Assembly (NCBI GenBank): GCA_965208575.1
Contig: CBDBOV010000003.1
Location: forward strand, 96,001 to 160,000
Direction: 5' to 3'
Length of the DNA: 64,000 bases
From: Spirochaetia bacterium
GTDB lineage: Bacteria > Spirochaetota > Spirochaetia > SZUA-6 > Bin103
The translations under genes were made by a program, and so were the position numbers. The notes beneath the pieces were generated by a model. The model was not told the DNA's origin and did no database searches. It was given only the letters and a program-made list of their open reading frames with translations. This document shows, one piece after another, positions 30,710 to 39,845 of the stretch (positions are counted from its first letter, which is position 1; each line of letters begins with the position of its first letter).

Positions 30710-33493
30710 CTACCGCGACGGCTCAGGCGGCGGAGCTGGTCCGTAACCGTGGCACATGCGGTGGTGCGCCAGGCACGCAAGAGCCAGGTTCTCCGCCTCC
30801 GGGCCGCCCCCTTCGGCGACCGGCAGCAGGTGGTGGATCTGTAGCAAGTGGGAGGAATTGCAGCGGCGACCGGTGAGCGGATCCCGATAGCGGCAGCGCC
30901 CCCCGTCGCGCAGCCAGACGAGACGCCGGACCGCCGCTGGAATGGTGCGCCGCGGCGACGGCCGGCGCGGGCCGAGCGGAGCATCGCGGGTGCACCGCGG
31001 CGACGCTCCCCCCGGCGTGCCGCCCGCACCACGCGCACACCGCACGCCGCTGGCCAACTTCGGCGCCGTAGCCGTAGCCCGCCGGATCCGCGTCGCATCT
31101 GCGCCGCCGGCGGAGCCGTCGCCGGCCAACTTCGGCGCCGCAGCCGTGACCGACCGGATCGGCGTGGCACCAGCGTCGTCGGCGGGGTCGCCACTGGCCA
31201 ACTTCGGCGCCGCAGCCGTGACCGACCGGATCGGCGTGGCACCAGCGTCGTCGGCGGGGTCGCCACTGGCCAACTTCGGCGCCGCAGCCGTGACCGACCG
31301 GATCGGCGTGGCACCAGCGTCGTCGGCGGGGTCGCCACTGGCCAACTTCGGCGCCGCAGCCGTGACCGACCGGATCGGCGTGGCACCAGCGTCGTCGGCG
31401 GGGTCGCCACTGGCCAACTTCGGCGCCGCAGTCGTAGCCGACCGGATCGGCGTGGCACCAGCGTCGTCGGCGGGGTCGCCACTGGCCAACTTCGGCGCCG
31501 TAGCCGTAGCCGGCCGGATCCGCGTCGCACCAGCGCTGTCGGCGGGGCCGCCGCCGGCGCTCCGACCCTCCGGCGCCGCAGCAACGGCGGGCGGGGCCGA
31601 AGCAGCGGCACCTGCGCGGGTGCCAACTGAACTTGCACCGCCCGCAGGGGCGGCGGGCGCAACGCCGCGCACCCCGGCAGCGTTGCGGGTCGTCGCGGCC
31701 CGCGGCTGCTCCCCGCCGGCCGCGGCCGCCGCCACGACCGAGGGTGTGCCGGTCCGCTCCCGCCGCGACGATGCTGCCGTGCCGCCCGTACGCCCCCGCC
31801 TGTCACCGCCGCCGCGCGGGTCGTGCCGCGCCACCGCCTCGCGCACCAGGCGCGCCACCAGGTCCCCCCACGACATGCGCGGGTCGACGTGCGACAGCAG
31901 GTTCTTCAGGTGGCGCAGTCCCTGCTCGCACTCCTGGTCGATGCTCACCTTCAAGGTGAAGCGGTCCGGCGCCACCGCGCGCAGGGTGTCGCGCGGCGGC
32001 ACCACCTGCGGAGCGGCGCTGGCCAACAAGCCGGCGACCTGGCGCGTGGTCATGCCGGCGGCCTGCTCGATCAGCTCGCGCTGGCGCCGCGGGTGCAGCA
32101 ACGCGGCGGCGGACGCCGGCCCGGCGGACCGCTCCGGGCTGGAACACAGTTCCGGGTTGGAACAAAGTTCCGGTTTCCGATCACCCCGCGACGGCGCCGG
32201 TGCGAGTGCAGCGGTGAGCCGCGGCTCCGATGGGGCCACGACCGGCAACGGTACCGGTTCGGCGCCACTCGCCGGCGGTGGAGGTGGCGCGGCCGGGCCT
32301 TGGTCCGAGGCGGCCACGGCGGCACCGGGAGGGCGCAACGGTGCCGGACAGCGCCCGGCGGCTCCGCTCGACTCCCGCCGCGCCGGCAGCGCATCGGCAT
32401 GCCGGGCGCCGCGGTGCCGCGCAGCCGCGAGGCTCGCCGCCGGCACCACCGGCGTGGCCGCCGCCTCGTTACCCGTGAGCCCGGGCCGCGGTACACGCCC
32501 CGGCGCCGCAGGCGGTGGCGCGTGCAGCGTGGCGGCCGTCGAAGCCGGTGCAGCGCCCGAGGTGGCGGCACTCAAGTCCCATCGGCCCACCGGCTGCGCA
32601 CCCGCCGCTGCCGGGCGGGCACCGACTGCCGCCGCGTCGTCCGACAGTCGCCTGCAACGGTCGCTCACGGTATGCCGTTCCTCGCGGCCTCCGGCGTCAC
32701 CGAGCGACTGCGCCGCCGGCTCGTCCGACGATGGCCTGCAACGGTCGTTCACGGTGTGCCGGTCCTCGTGGCTTCCGGCGGCACAGGACGACCGCGCCGC
32801 CGAGCCGTCCGACGATGGCCTGCAACGGTCGCTCACCGCATGCCGGTCCTCGTGGCTTCCGGCGTCATCGAGCGACCGCACCTCCGGCTCGTCCGCCGAT
32901 GGTCCGCCACGGTCGCTCACGGTATGCCGGGCCCCGCGGCCTCGGGCGTCACCGAGCGACCCCGGCTCCTGGTCGACGGCGGCCACGCCGGGCGGCGCCG
33001 ATGCCGTCACCGCCGCGGCACCGGCCATCCCCGCTCCCGACGCTTCGCCATCCTGGTCACCCGCTGCGCTCGGCGCACCAGGCAGCCCGTGCAGATCTTC
33101 GCAGCGCTCCGGATCGACGGTCGCGCTCTCTCTCCGGCACGTGCGCTCGGCCGCCCCAAACGCCGTCTCCAACTGCGCCGCCGACGTCACACTCAGCTCG
33201 CCGCTGTGCAGCATGGCCCGCACCCAGCCATGCCGCCGGCACAACCTCATGGTCTGAATACGCCGTTGCGCGGCCGCGTCGGTGAACCGCAACTCCCGCA
33301 CCGCGTAGTCGAACAGGCTCGAGAACCCGCGCCGCAGCGCCAGCCCACGCCGGTCGATCTCGTCGAGATGGTCCAGGATGTGCACTTCGAGCCCGCGCTG
33401 GTTGGCCGCCAGGCGCCGGGTCTGCTCGAGGAGTTGCTGATCGCCGAGTGAGCTGAAGGGTCGTCTGGCGGTCCCGCCGGTCATGTTTGGCAT
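30710..33493 (-). CDS. HNH endonuclease with DUF222-like N-terminus (paralog of 5926)
   Basis: Same N-terminal ~115 aa and nearly the same HNH domain; expanded 72-bp repeat. Confidence 0.85.
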   Translation of the reverse strand: MPNMTGGTARRPFSSLGDQQLLEQTRRLAANQRGLEVHILDHLDEIDRRGLALRRGFSSLFDYAVRELRFTDAAAQRRIQTMRLCRRHGWVRAMLHSGELSVTSAAQLETAFGAAERTCRRESATVDPERCEDLHGLPGAPSAAGDQDGEASGAGMAGAAAVTASAPPGVAAVDQEPGSLGDARGRGARHTVSDRGGPSADEPEVRSLDDAGSHEDRHAVSDRCRPSSDGSAARSSCAAGSHEDRHTVNDRCRPSSDEPAAQSLGDAGGREERHTVSDRCRRLSDDAAAVGARPAAAGAQPVGRWDLSAATSGAAPASTAATLHAPPPAAPGRVPRPGLTGNEAAATPVVPAASLAAARHRGARHADALPARRESSGAAGRCPAPLRPPGAAVAASDQGPAAPPPPPASGAEPVPLPVVAPSEPRLTAALAPAPSRGDRKPELCSNPELCSSPERSAGPASAAALLHPRRQRELIEQAAGMTTRQVAGLLASAAPQVVPPRDTLRAVAPDRFTLKVSIDQECEQGLRHLKNLLSHVDPRMSWGDLVARLVREAVARHDPRGGGDRRGRTGGTAASSRRERTGTPSVVAAAAAGGEQPRAATTRNAAGVRGVAPAAPAGGASSVGTRAGAAASAPPAVAAAPEGRSAGGGPADSAGATRIRPATATAPKLASGDPADDAGATPIRSATTAAPKLASGDPADDAGATPIRSVTAAAPKLASGDPADDAGATPIRSVTAAAPKLASGDPADDAGATPIRSVTAAAPKLASGDPADDAGATPIRSVTAAAPKLAGDGSAGGADATRIRRATATAPKLASGVRCARGAGGTPGGASPRCTRDAPLGPRRPSPRRTIPAAVRRLVWLRDGGRCRYRDPLTGRRCNSSHLLQIHHLLPVAEGGGPEAENLALACLAHHRMCHGYGPAPPPEPSR
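31052..31530 (-). repeat. 72-bp (24-aa) tandem repeat, ~7 units
   Basis: GGCCAACTTCGGCGCCG at 31052, 31124, 31196, 31268, 31340, 31412, 31484. Confidence 0.9.
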
Positions 33494-33947
33494 GTCTTAA
33501 ATATAACACTGGCTGGTAGATAGCACTTCTGTGCAGGGCCTCGACCCGGCACCGGAAGCGCCCGTGGGGCGCGAATCGGCGGCTCCAGGGGCACGCGGTC
33601 GGCCACTTGACGGTCGCAGACCATTGCCGGGCTTCACGGCCCGCCAGCGGCCCTCAGCGGCAGCGGAAAAGTGCGTCAACCCCTGCGCCCGATTTTCTGC
33701 AGTTATTTTGGTGCAGGTCGACAGGAACCCGCCCCGCGCTGCAAAAGTTGGTCCGACCCGCCCGGTACGTGGGCCCTCACGACCACCGGCGCCCGCGGCA
33801 GCCCGTTCGGTCCCCCATCTGCTGCCGACCTGCGCCGGACGCTCGCCTGCTCAGTTGCCGTACGCGCGTATCGTCCTTGCTCCCCGCTCCTGATCGGGGT
33901 CCAACTTCGGGAGGCTCTCCGGGCTCTCCCCCGGCTAATGTTCGCCC

Positions 33948-34180
33948 GGGGCTTCAGATCCCAATACCACGAACCGTCGGCCAGCTCTACGGCGCGAGCC
34001 AAGTTCGCGCAGCCGCAACCGCAGGCTCGCCAGCTTGCGCGCCAACACGTGGCGCGGATCGAACAGAATGATGCCGTGGTCACAGATGTCCAGCAGGAGC
34101 CAGGGGGTATCGGCCAGCTCCGTCTCGGTACGGAACACCGCGTACGGCTCGGTCGGAACCTTGCGCGCCCGCAACTCGTC
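33948..34180 (-). pseudogene. MNT 3' fragment (copy of ~22586-22816)
   Basis: TPWLLLDICDHGIILFDP...GSWYWDLKP with a small deletion. Confidence 0.85.
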
Positions 34181-34226
34181 ATGCGGCATCTCTGGCGTGG
34201 GCGGCACGGGAGATGGCCGGCTCGAC

Positions 34227-34265
34227 TTGACCCCGAGCAGTCCGTGGCGTACGGTATGACGTACG
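34227..34265 (+). promoter_or_regulatory. yefM-yoeB promoter/operator
   Basis: TTGACC-17bp-TACGGT; CGTACG palindromes at 34248 and 34260, 12 bp apart. Confidence 0.7.
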
Positions 34266-34275
34266 GGAGGCAGCC

Positions 34276-34518
34276 ATGGGGACCTTGAATGTCACCAACG
34301 CACGGAAGAACCTGTACCGGCTCATCGATGAAGTGAATGAAACGCATGCTCCGGTCACGATCACGGGAAAGGAGCGGTCGGCGGTCCTGGTGGGCGAACA
34401 GGACTGGAATGCAATACAGGAGACGTTGTACCTGTCCAGCATCCCCGGCATGACCGATTCGATACGGAGGGGACTCGAGACCCCCGTGGAGGAGTGCGAC
34501 GCAGAGCCTGGGTGGTGA
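34276..34518 (+). CDS. yefM: Phd/YefM-family antitoxin
   Basis: ARKNLYRLIDEV...PVTITG...AVLV...W..IQETLYL..IPGM. Confidence 0.9.
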   Translation: MGTLNVTNARKNLYRLIDEVNETHAPVTITGKERSAVLVGEQDWNAIQETLYLSSIPGMTDSIRRGLETPVEECDAEPGW

Positions 34519-34777
34519 CTATCGACTGGTGTTCACCAGGCAAGCCCGAAAGGATGCACGGAAGGTGGCTGCGTCCGGGCTCCGTACAAACGTGGAGCGC
34601 CTCCTTCAAGTGCTCCGTGAGGATCCCTGGCGCAACCCGCCACCGTTCGAGAAACTGGTTGGCGATCTGACCGGAGCGTGTTCGCGCCGAATCAACATCC
34701 AGCACCGCCTCGTGTACCAGGTCCTTGAACGCGAACGCGTCGTCAAGGTGCTCCGAATGTGGACGCACTACGAGTGA
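34515..34777 (+). CDS. yoeB: Txe/YoeB-family toxin; coupled start appears frameshifted
   Basis: PPFEKLVGDL.G..SRRINIQHRLVY...VKVLRMWTHYE; GTG at 34515 is out of frame by one base, next in-frame GTG at 34529. Confidence 0.8.
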
Positions 34778-34950
34778 GCCGTCACGGTAGGTGCGCCGCG
34801 CACTCCCGTTTGCGCGACAAGCTGCTCGTGATCGAGCAGCTTTCGATGGTTGCCGAGTAATTCCTGGCCCGCCGGGCCGAGCGGCCCAAGCCTCTCCCCC
34901 GCGGAGCTTGATCAGGACGAGTTGGCCGCATCCGACCGGCTTCCCGGGTA

Positions 34951-35505
34951 GTGGCATGTGCTATCATGGCAGCAATGGCAGCATCTTCAGAGAGATGCGG
35001 CACGGGGCGCAGGTCCGGCTATGCTGAGGTCAGGCCGCTCACCGACTGCTTGCTCGCCAGGTTGGGCGCCGAGCTGGATGAGCGACTGGTCGCCGTCGCG
35101 CTCTACGGGTCAGTGGCTCGCGGTGAGGCGCGAGCGGAGAGCGACATCGACCTGTTCCTGGTGTATCGGGGCGACGGCGAGCGCGTCGCGGACACCTTCG
35201 TCGAAGTGGAGTTGGCGCTGCGTGCTGCGCCGCTCTCGGCGGAATTGCAGGCGCGTGGCGTGCCTACCAACCCGATGCCGGTGTTCCGGTCGGAAGCAGC
35301 GCTGGTCGACACCCCGTGGCTGCTTCTGGACGTCTCTCACCACGGCATCATCCTGTTCGATCCGCGCCAAGTGCTGCACGCCAAGCTGGCGGCGCTCCGG
35401 CAGCGGCTTGCCGAGTTGGGGTCGCGGCGCATCGAGTTGGCCGACGGCTCGTGGTACTGGGATCTCAAGCCCGACCTGCGCCCCGGAGAGATGATCGAGC
35501 TGTGA
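34951..35505 (+). CDS. Minimal nucleotidyltransferase (MNT-type antitoxin); start uncertain
   Basis: LYGSVARG...SDIDL; GSWYWDLKP. Confidence 0.85.
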   Translation: MACAIMAAMAASSERCGTGRRSGYAEVRPLTDCLLARLGAELDERLVAVALYGSVARGEARAESDIDLFLVYRGDGERVADTFVEVELALRAAPLSAELQARGVPTNPMPVFRSEAALVDTPWLLLDVSHHGIILFDPRQVLHAKLAALRQRLAELGSRRIELADGSWYWDLKPDLRPGEMIEL

Positions 35506-35521
35506 TCATGCGGGTTTGGCG

Positions 35522-35989
35522 ATGAGCAACGGCGAGCGCGGCCGCAAACTGCTGGCGGCGTCGTGCGAGCACCTCGCGGAGATGGAGGGCGCGCTGCGCC
35601 GCAGTTCGTGGAACATCGCCGTGCGCCGCGCGCAGGAAGTCGTGGAGCTGGCACTGAAGGCGGTGCTCACCTACCTGTGCATTGACTATCCGAAGGTGCA
35701 CGACGCCGCCGAACTGTTCGTGGCTACGCTTGCCGCCCGGCAGATGCCCCTGAGCGAGGTGGAAGCGGCCGACGTGCACGCCGTCTCCGCGCGATTGGCC
35801 GAGCGGCGCGCGCCGGCGTTCTACTTCGAGTACGACGAAGAGCCGGCCGGCGCTCGCGGGGCGGCGGCCGACGCGCGTCGCGTCCAGCGCCTGTGCGCCC
35901 GCATCGCCGCGGACATCGAACGGGCGGCTGCGGCGCGGCAGGAGCAGGCCGGCGGTGACCGGGAGCCGTCCGCCGGCGCAGCCGATTAA
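35522..35989 (+). CDS. HEPN-domain protein
   Basis: AQEVVELALKAVL...YPKVHD...R.PAFY; follows the MNT gene. Confidence 0.85.
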   Translation: MSNGERGRKLLAASCEHLAEMEGALRRSSWNIAVRRAQEVVELALKAVLTYLCIDYPKVHDAAELFVATLAARQMPLSEVEAADVHAVSARLAERRAPAFYFEYDEEPAGARGAAADARRVQRLCARIAADIERAAAARQEQAGGDREPSAGAAD

Positions 35990-36087
35990 CGCGCCAGGAC
36001 GCGGTCGCGTTCCATGTTGCGCATGCGGCATGACGTGGTCGCCGGGCGGAGCGAAAGACATGCTCGCCGAGAATTTCCTGTTCGGAC

Positions 36088-36730
36088 GGTCCCGACCAGG
36101 TTCCGCCAGTCCTTGACGTCGCCGTGCTCCCTGAGATCAACGTGTGGACCTTCGATTTTCGGGCTGGCACAGGATTTACTTTCAACAACGTCAACCACGC
36201 GCCCTTTGATGACATCCGCGTGCGCCGGGCCATGCAGATGGCGCTGGATCTGGAGACGATCAATGCGACCTTCTTCGGCGGTTTGGGAGATCCGACTCCG
36301 AACGGATTGTATGCCAACTCCAAGGCGGGGGTTGGCACGCCCTTCGACCAGTGGACCGAAGAGATCAAGCCATACTACCGGTATGACCCGGAAGGGGCGA
36401 AGCAACTGTTGGCCGATGCGGGCTATCCCGATGGCTTCAACACCCGTTTGGACTACGACGTGCGCGCCGATACGAGTCGCTCCCCGCCTGTGCCTGTCCG
36501 CGGGCCACCGAGCCATAGAGGGCTACCGCCGACAAGCGTTCCCCGAGTCGGTCGCGCACCCTGGCCAGGTACAGGTCCAGAAGCGGCTCCAGTTCGGGGT
36601 ACCCGTGACCCCGATGCTGCTGGCGGGGAGGCGACACGTTGCGATCAGAATACCACGAACCAGCCGGGGATGGGGATCCGGCGGCGTGGACCGAGATGGC
36701 GCGGCGCGGGCGCGGTAGACCCGAGCGCGC
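36088..36730. pseudogene. Chimera of SBP-3 fragments, MNT 5' fragment and permease-2 tail
   Basis: 36088-36130 is an inverted ~19452-19492; 36132-36477 matches ~19750-20095; 36477-36680 resembles 22914-23118; 36691-36730 resembles 12146-12190. Confidence 0.85.
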
Positions 36731-36777
36731 GTCCGGCATGCTACAGTGGTCGCTGTGGAAGTGGAGCACGGTACCGG

Positions 36778-37287
36778 ATGAGGTTGGACAGCATCGAGCG
36801 TGTCGCGCGTGCGTTGAACGACAACGAGGTCCGCTTCATCGTGGTGGGCGGCTTGGCGGTAGTCGCCCACGGCTACGGGCGCCAGACGCAGGATCTCGAT
36901 CTTGTCATTCAGCTTGAGCCGGGCGCCATACTTCGTGCGTTCGTGGCGCTGGCCGGATTGGGGTACCGGCCCCGCGTTCCGGTCACCGTGGACGCATTCG
37001 CCGACCCCCGGCAGCGCGCGCAACTGATTGAGAACAAAGGCATGATGGTCCTGGGCTTCCACAGCGAACGGCACCGCGAGACGCCGGTCGACGTCTTTGC
37101 CACGGAACCGTTCGACTTCGATGCGGAGCACGCGGCCGCGCTAGTCGAGGAGGTGGCTCCCGGAGTGCCGGTACGGATCGTGCGGCTGGAGACGCTGCTG
37201 CGCCTGAAGCGCGGCGCGGGCAGACCCCAGGATTTGGCCGATATCGCGGAGCTGACTCAGTTTGATCGGGGTGAGGCGCATGGCTGA
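36778..37287 (+). CDS. Nucleotidyltransferase-fold protein (putative TA component)
   Basis: FIVVGGLAVVAHG..R.T.DLDL...LK..AGRPQDLADI. Confidence 0.8.
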   Translation: MRLDSIERVARALNDNEVRFIVVGGLAVVAHGYGRQTQDLDLVIQLEPGAILRAFVALAGLGYRPRVPVTVDAFADPRQRAQLIENKGMMVLGFHSERHRETPVDVFATEPFDFDAEHAAALVEEVAPGVPVRIVRLETLLRLKRGAGRPQDLADIAELTQFDRGEAHG

Positions 37288-37465
37288 CGAGATCGATTGG
37301 CGGGTAGTCACGTTTGCCGGCAACCGACGCAGCCAGCGAGAGGAATTTCGCACGCTCCCGTTGCGCGACAAGCTGGTCGTGATCGAACAGCTCTCGATGG
37401 TTGCCGAGTATTTCCGGGCCCGTCGCCGGGTAACGCGGGTGGCGGACGACACTCAAGATACGTAG
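37280..37465 (+). CDS. Small hypothetical partner protein of 36778
   Basis: Overlapping start; fragments recur at ~9225-9305 and ~34800-34870. Confidence 0.6.
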   Translation: MADEIDWRVVTFAGNRRSQREEFRTLPLRDKLVVIEQLSMVAEYFRARRRVTRVADDTQDT

Positions 37466-37498
37466 TCATAGACCCTGCCGGCGGCGCACGGCGCCACT

Positions 37499-37755
37499 TG
37501 ACCGATTCGATACGGAACGGACTCGAGGCGGCCCTACTGCTCGCCGACGACCGGACCGTTCGCCGCGTGGCTGTCGTCGAAGGCACTCGACCGCTCGGCA
37601 CGCTCGGCGTGTTGCTGCTGGCGTTGCGACGGGGACTGGTCGACCAGGACGAGGTGCGCCGGCTGGTCGACGACCTCGTGCGCTCCCATGGCTTCCGAAT
37701 CGGGGTGGAGCTGTATGCCGCGGTGATTCGCGAAATCGACCGGCCGTAGCTGCAG
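37499..37755 (+). pseudogene. yefM snippet fused to DUF3368 3' half
   Basis: 37499-37528 resembles 34451-34479; 37525-37755 resembles 16386-16618. Confidence 0.8.
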
Positions 37756-37844
37756 CGTGCTACAGTGGTCGTGCCGACAGGGGAGTACGGGGTCGGAGGA
37801 GGCTGGTCCTGTGACACCGCACCGGAGACGAATACCGCGCTATA

Positions 37845-37975
37845 GACCACAAGACGCCCGATTTCGCGCACTGAAAACAGCTATTCAGGAAGGTCTGGAG
37901 AGCGGCGTAGCGGACAAGATGGTGAAGGAGATTTGGGCGGAAGCCGAGGTACGATTCCGAGCGAAGCGTGGCTGA
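37845..37975 (+). pseudogene. ParD-like antitoxin, C-terminal fragment
   Basis: FRALKTAIQEGLESG....V.EIWAEAE; no ParE follows. Confidence 0.6.
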
Positions 37976-38340
37976 CTCGAGTGCAACGATGGCGTTCTCA
38001 TTATCCGTGTATTGCACGTAAGAATGGACGCTTCACTTCACCTATGATCCATCGGAACCGGCGAGAGGTTGCATGGAACCGCCGGTTCGCCCAGACACCG
38101 CCACCGCCACCGCCATTGTGCCGGTCGGCACCAACCGGCAGACCGCCGACGAGCGCGGCGAGTAGTGGCCGCCGCCCGCGCTAGCCCGCTAGCCACCGCC
38201 CGACACGACCGACACATCGTACTGCACGCCAATCCTGCTCCTCCCGCGGCCGATCATCTCTCCTGTCACTCGGGCAATCCGGTCAACGGGAGCCTTGACC
38301 GCTGCAGCGCCAACTGCACGCGGCCCACCACGCCATTGGC

Positions 38341-39369
38341 TCAGGCACCGCCCGAGTTCCCTGCGGCGACGCCGCTCCCTCCGGCCGGCGCCGCGCCCAC
38401 GCGGGCGAGGAAGTCGGCGCCGGTGTCACACTGCACCAGCCAATCGCCGACCTCCGCCAGACGTTCCGTGTCGGTGATGGGCGCCAACAGCTCCGCCAAG
38501 CGTTCGGCGGTGGCCACTCCGAAGCGCGCCGCCGTCATTCGGCACAGCAGCGCTCGTTCGTGCTCAAGCCCCTGCTCGCGTCCCTGCTCAAGGCCTTGCT
38601 CCAGCCCCTGCTCGATGCCTTCCTTCTGCCACTCCTTGGACCATTCGGCCGCTCGTTCCACCAACGTCATACTCACGTCCTCCAACTTCCGTATCGGCGG
38701 CAGCTCCGCCCCGCTCGGCACCAGCCGCTCCACGATCTGCCGCATCCAGTCCGCGAACGCCCGCCGCACCTGCAGGTCCGGCAGCCAAGCCGCCAACTCC
38801 TCCGCCACCCGCGCCACGTCGCTCAGCGAACGGCTCTGCTCCAACCCGACCACCGCGCTCATCCGGTTGCGGCTCGGTAAATCGTCCGCTGCTACACGCC
38901 GCTCGTCAAGTACGAAGTAACGCTGCGCCGGTTGATACGGCGCCAGCAGCGGCCCCACCGGCGCGATCAGCTCCCCCATCTGCAGCGGTGACTGCCATGG
39001 CTCGTCGCCATTGTACAACACCAGCGGCAACACCGCGGGCAGCCGGCCATCGGCGTCAAGCTGCTCGTTGCGCGCCAGCTCCTGGTACAGCAGCCCGGTG
39101 TAGGTGAGTATCCGCAACGCCATCAACGGGTCGTCGGTCGATTGGAACTCCACCAGCAACAGCAGGTACAGCCAGTTGCTGCGCAAGCGCATCCGCCAAA
39201 CGTTGTCGCCGTGGCGTTTGAGCAATTCGTCGCTGATGTACTCGGTCGACAGTTTTCTGAGGGTGGCAAAGTCGACCTCCTCGATCCAGTTGCCTGGGAC
39301 GAAACCGCGCAGGAGATCCTCGATCACGCGCGGGGAGGCGAAGATCCGCTTGTAGTTCTCGTCGTGCAT
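38341..39369 (-). CDS. Rpn-family recombination-promoting nuclease / putative transposase
   Basis: HDENYKRIF, DF.TL, D.VW, LLVEFQS, MALR, PAVLPLVLYNG..PW, EQGL repeats. Confidence 0.9.
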   Translation of the reverse strand: MHDENYKRIFASPRVIEDLLRGFVPGNWIEEVDFATLRKLSTEYISDELLKRHGDNVWRMRLRSNWLYLLLLVEFQSTDDPLMALRILTYTGLLYQELARNEQLDADGRLPAVLPLVLYNGDEPWQSPLQMGELIAPVGPLLAPYQPAQRYFVLDERRVAADDLPSRNRMSAVVGLEQSRSLSDVARVAEELAAWLPDLQVRRAFADWMRQIVERLVPSGAELPPIRKLEDVSMTLVERAAEWSKEWQKEGIEQGLEQGLEQGREQGLEHERALLCRMTAARFGVATAERLAELLAPITDTERLAEVGDWLVQCDTGADFLARVGAAPAGGSGVAAGNSGGA

Positions 39370-39530
39370 CCAGCCCCGAGGATACCCGATCCCGGCGTGG
39401 CGGCCGCCACTATGCGGCTGATGCGCACCACGACGGACAGCGCATGTCGTTCCCTGAAACCGCCTAACTTGTATTTCTCCCCAAACTCGGCCGGTTCGAG
39501 AAAACCTCGGCAATCGGGCCGTTTGCGTCA

Positions 39531-39558
39531 TTGACAGGTGTCGAGCGTGTGCTATAGT
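39531..39558 (+). promoter_or_regulatory. Sigma70-like promoter upstream of cluster 5
   Basis: TTGACA-16bp-TATAGT with extended -10 TG. Confidence 0.65.
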
Positions 39559-39798
39559 GACGGTTTGGGACTCGGATGAGTGCGATATTCGCGTGATCAG
39601 GCAACTTGGCCCTGGCAACCGGCTCACGCCAGTGGCACAGCCGGTGCCCAATTCGATCCGATCGATTGCGATCGATTCGTGCCATTGACATGTTGGCCGT
39701 AGGCATGCGATGGTGCCGATATGGGATTTCGTGCGGAGGCACATGATGCGTAAAAGAAACCTTCCAAGCGCTTGTACGGTTGGCGGTAACGCAAGCAT

Positions 39799-39845
39799 CG
39801 TCCTCTCGTCCTCTCGTCCTCTCGTCCTCTCGTCCTCTCGTCCTC
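39799..39845. repeat. (CGTCCTCT)5 plus a partial unit, simple sequence repeat
   Basis: Read directly from the sequence. Confidence 0.95.

Larger units (their letters stand above)
30669..33950 (-). repeat. HNH element copy 2
   Basis: Colinear with 5886-8980. Confidence 0.85.

Noticed and set aside
31052-31530. CRISPR array
   Set aside because: Units are contiguous 72-bp in-frame coding repeats without unique spacers; no cas genes.
29713-33451. Long alternative-frame and antisense ORFs over the HNH genes and elsewhere
   Set aside because: Arg/Ala/Pro-rich shadows expected in high-GC repetitive DNA; no recognisable motifs.
36124-37287. 387-aa SBP-nucleotidyltransferase fusion ORF
   Set aside because: Accidental open frame across chimeric fragments; the real gene most likely starts at 36778.
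2797-39400. Classical integron
   Set aside because: No IntI tyrosine recombinase, no RYYYAAC...GTTRRRY attC sites seen, and mixed gene orientations.
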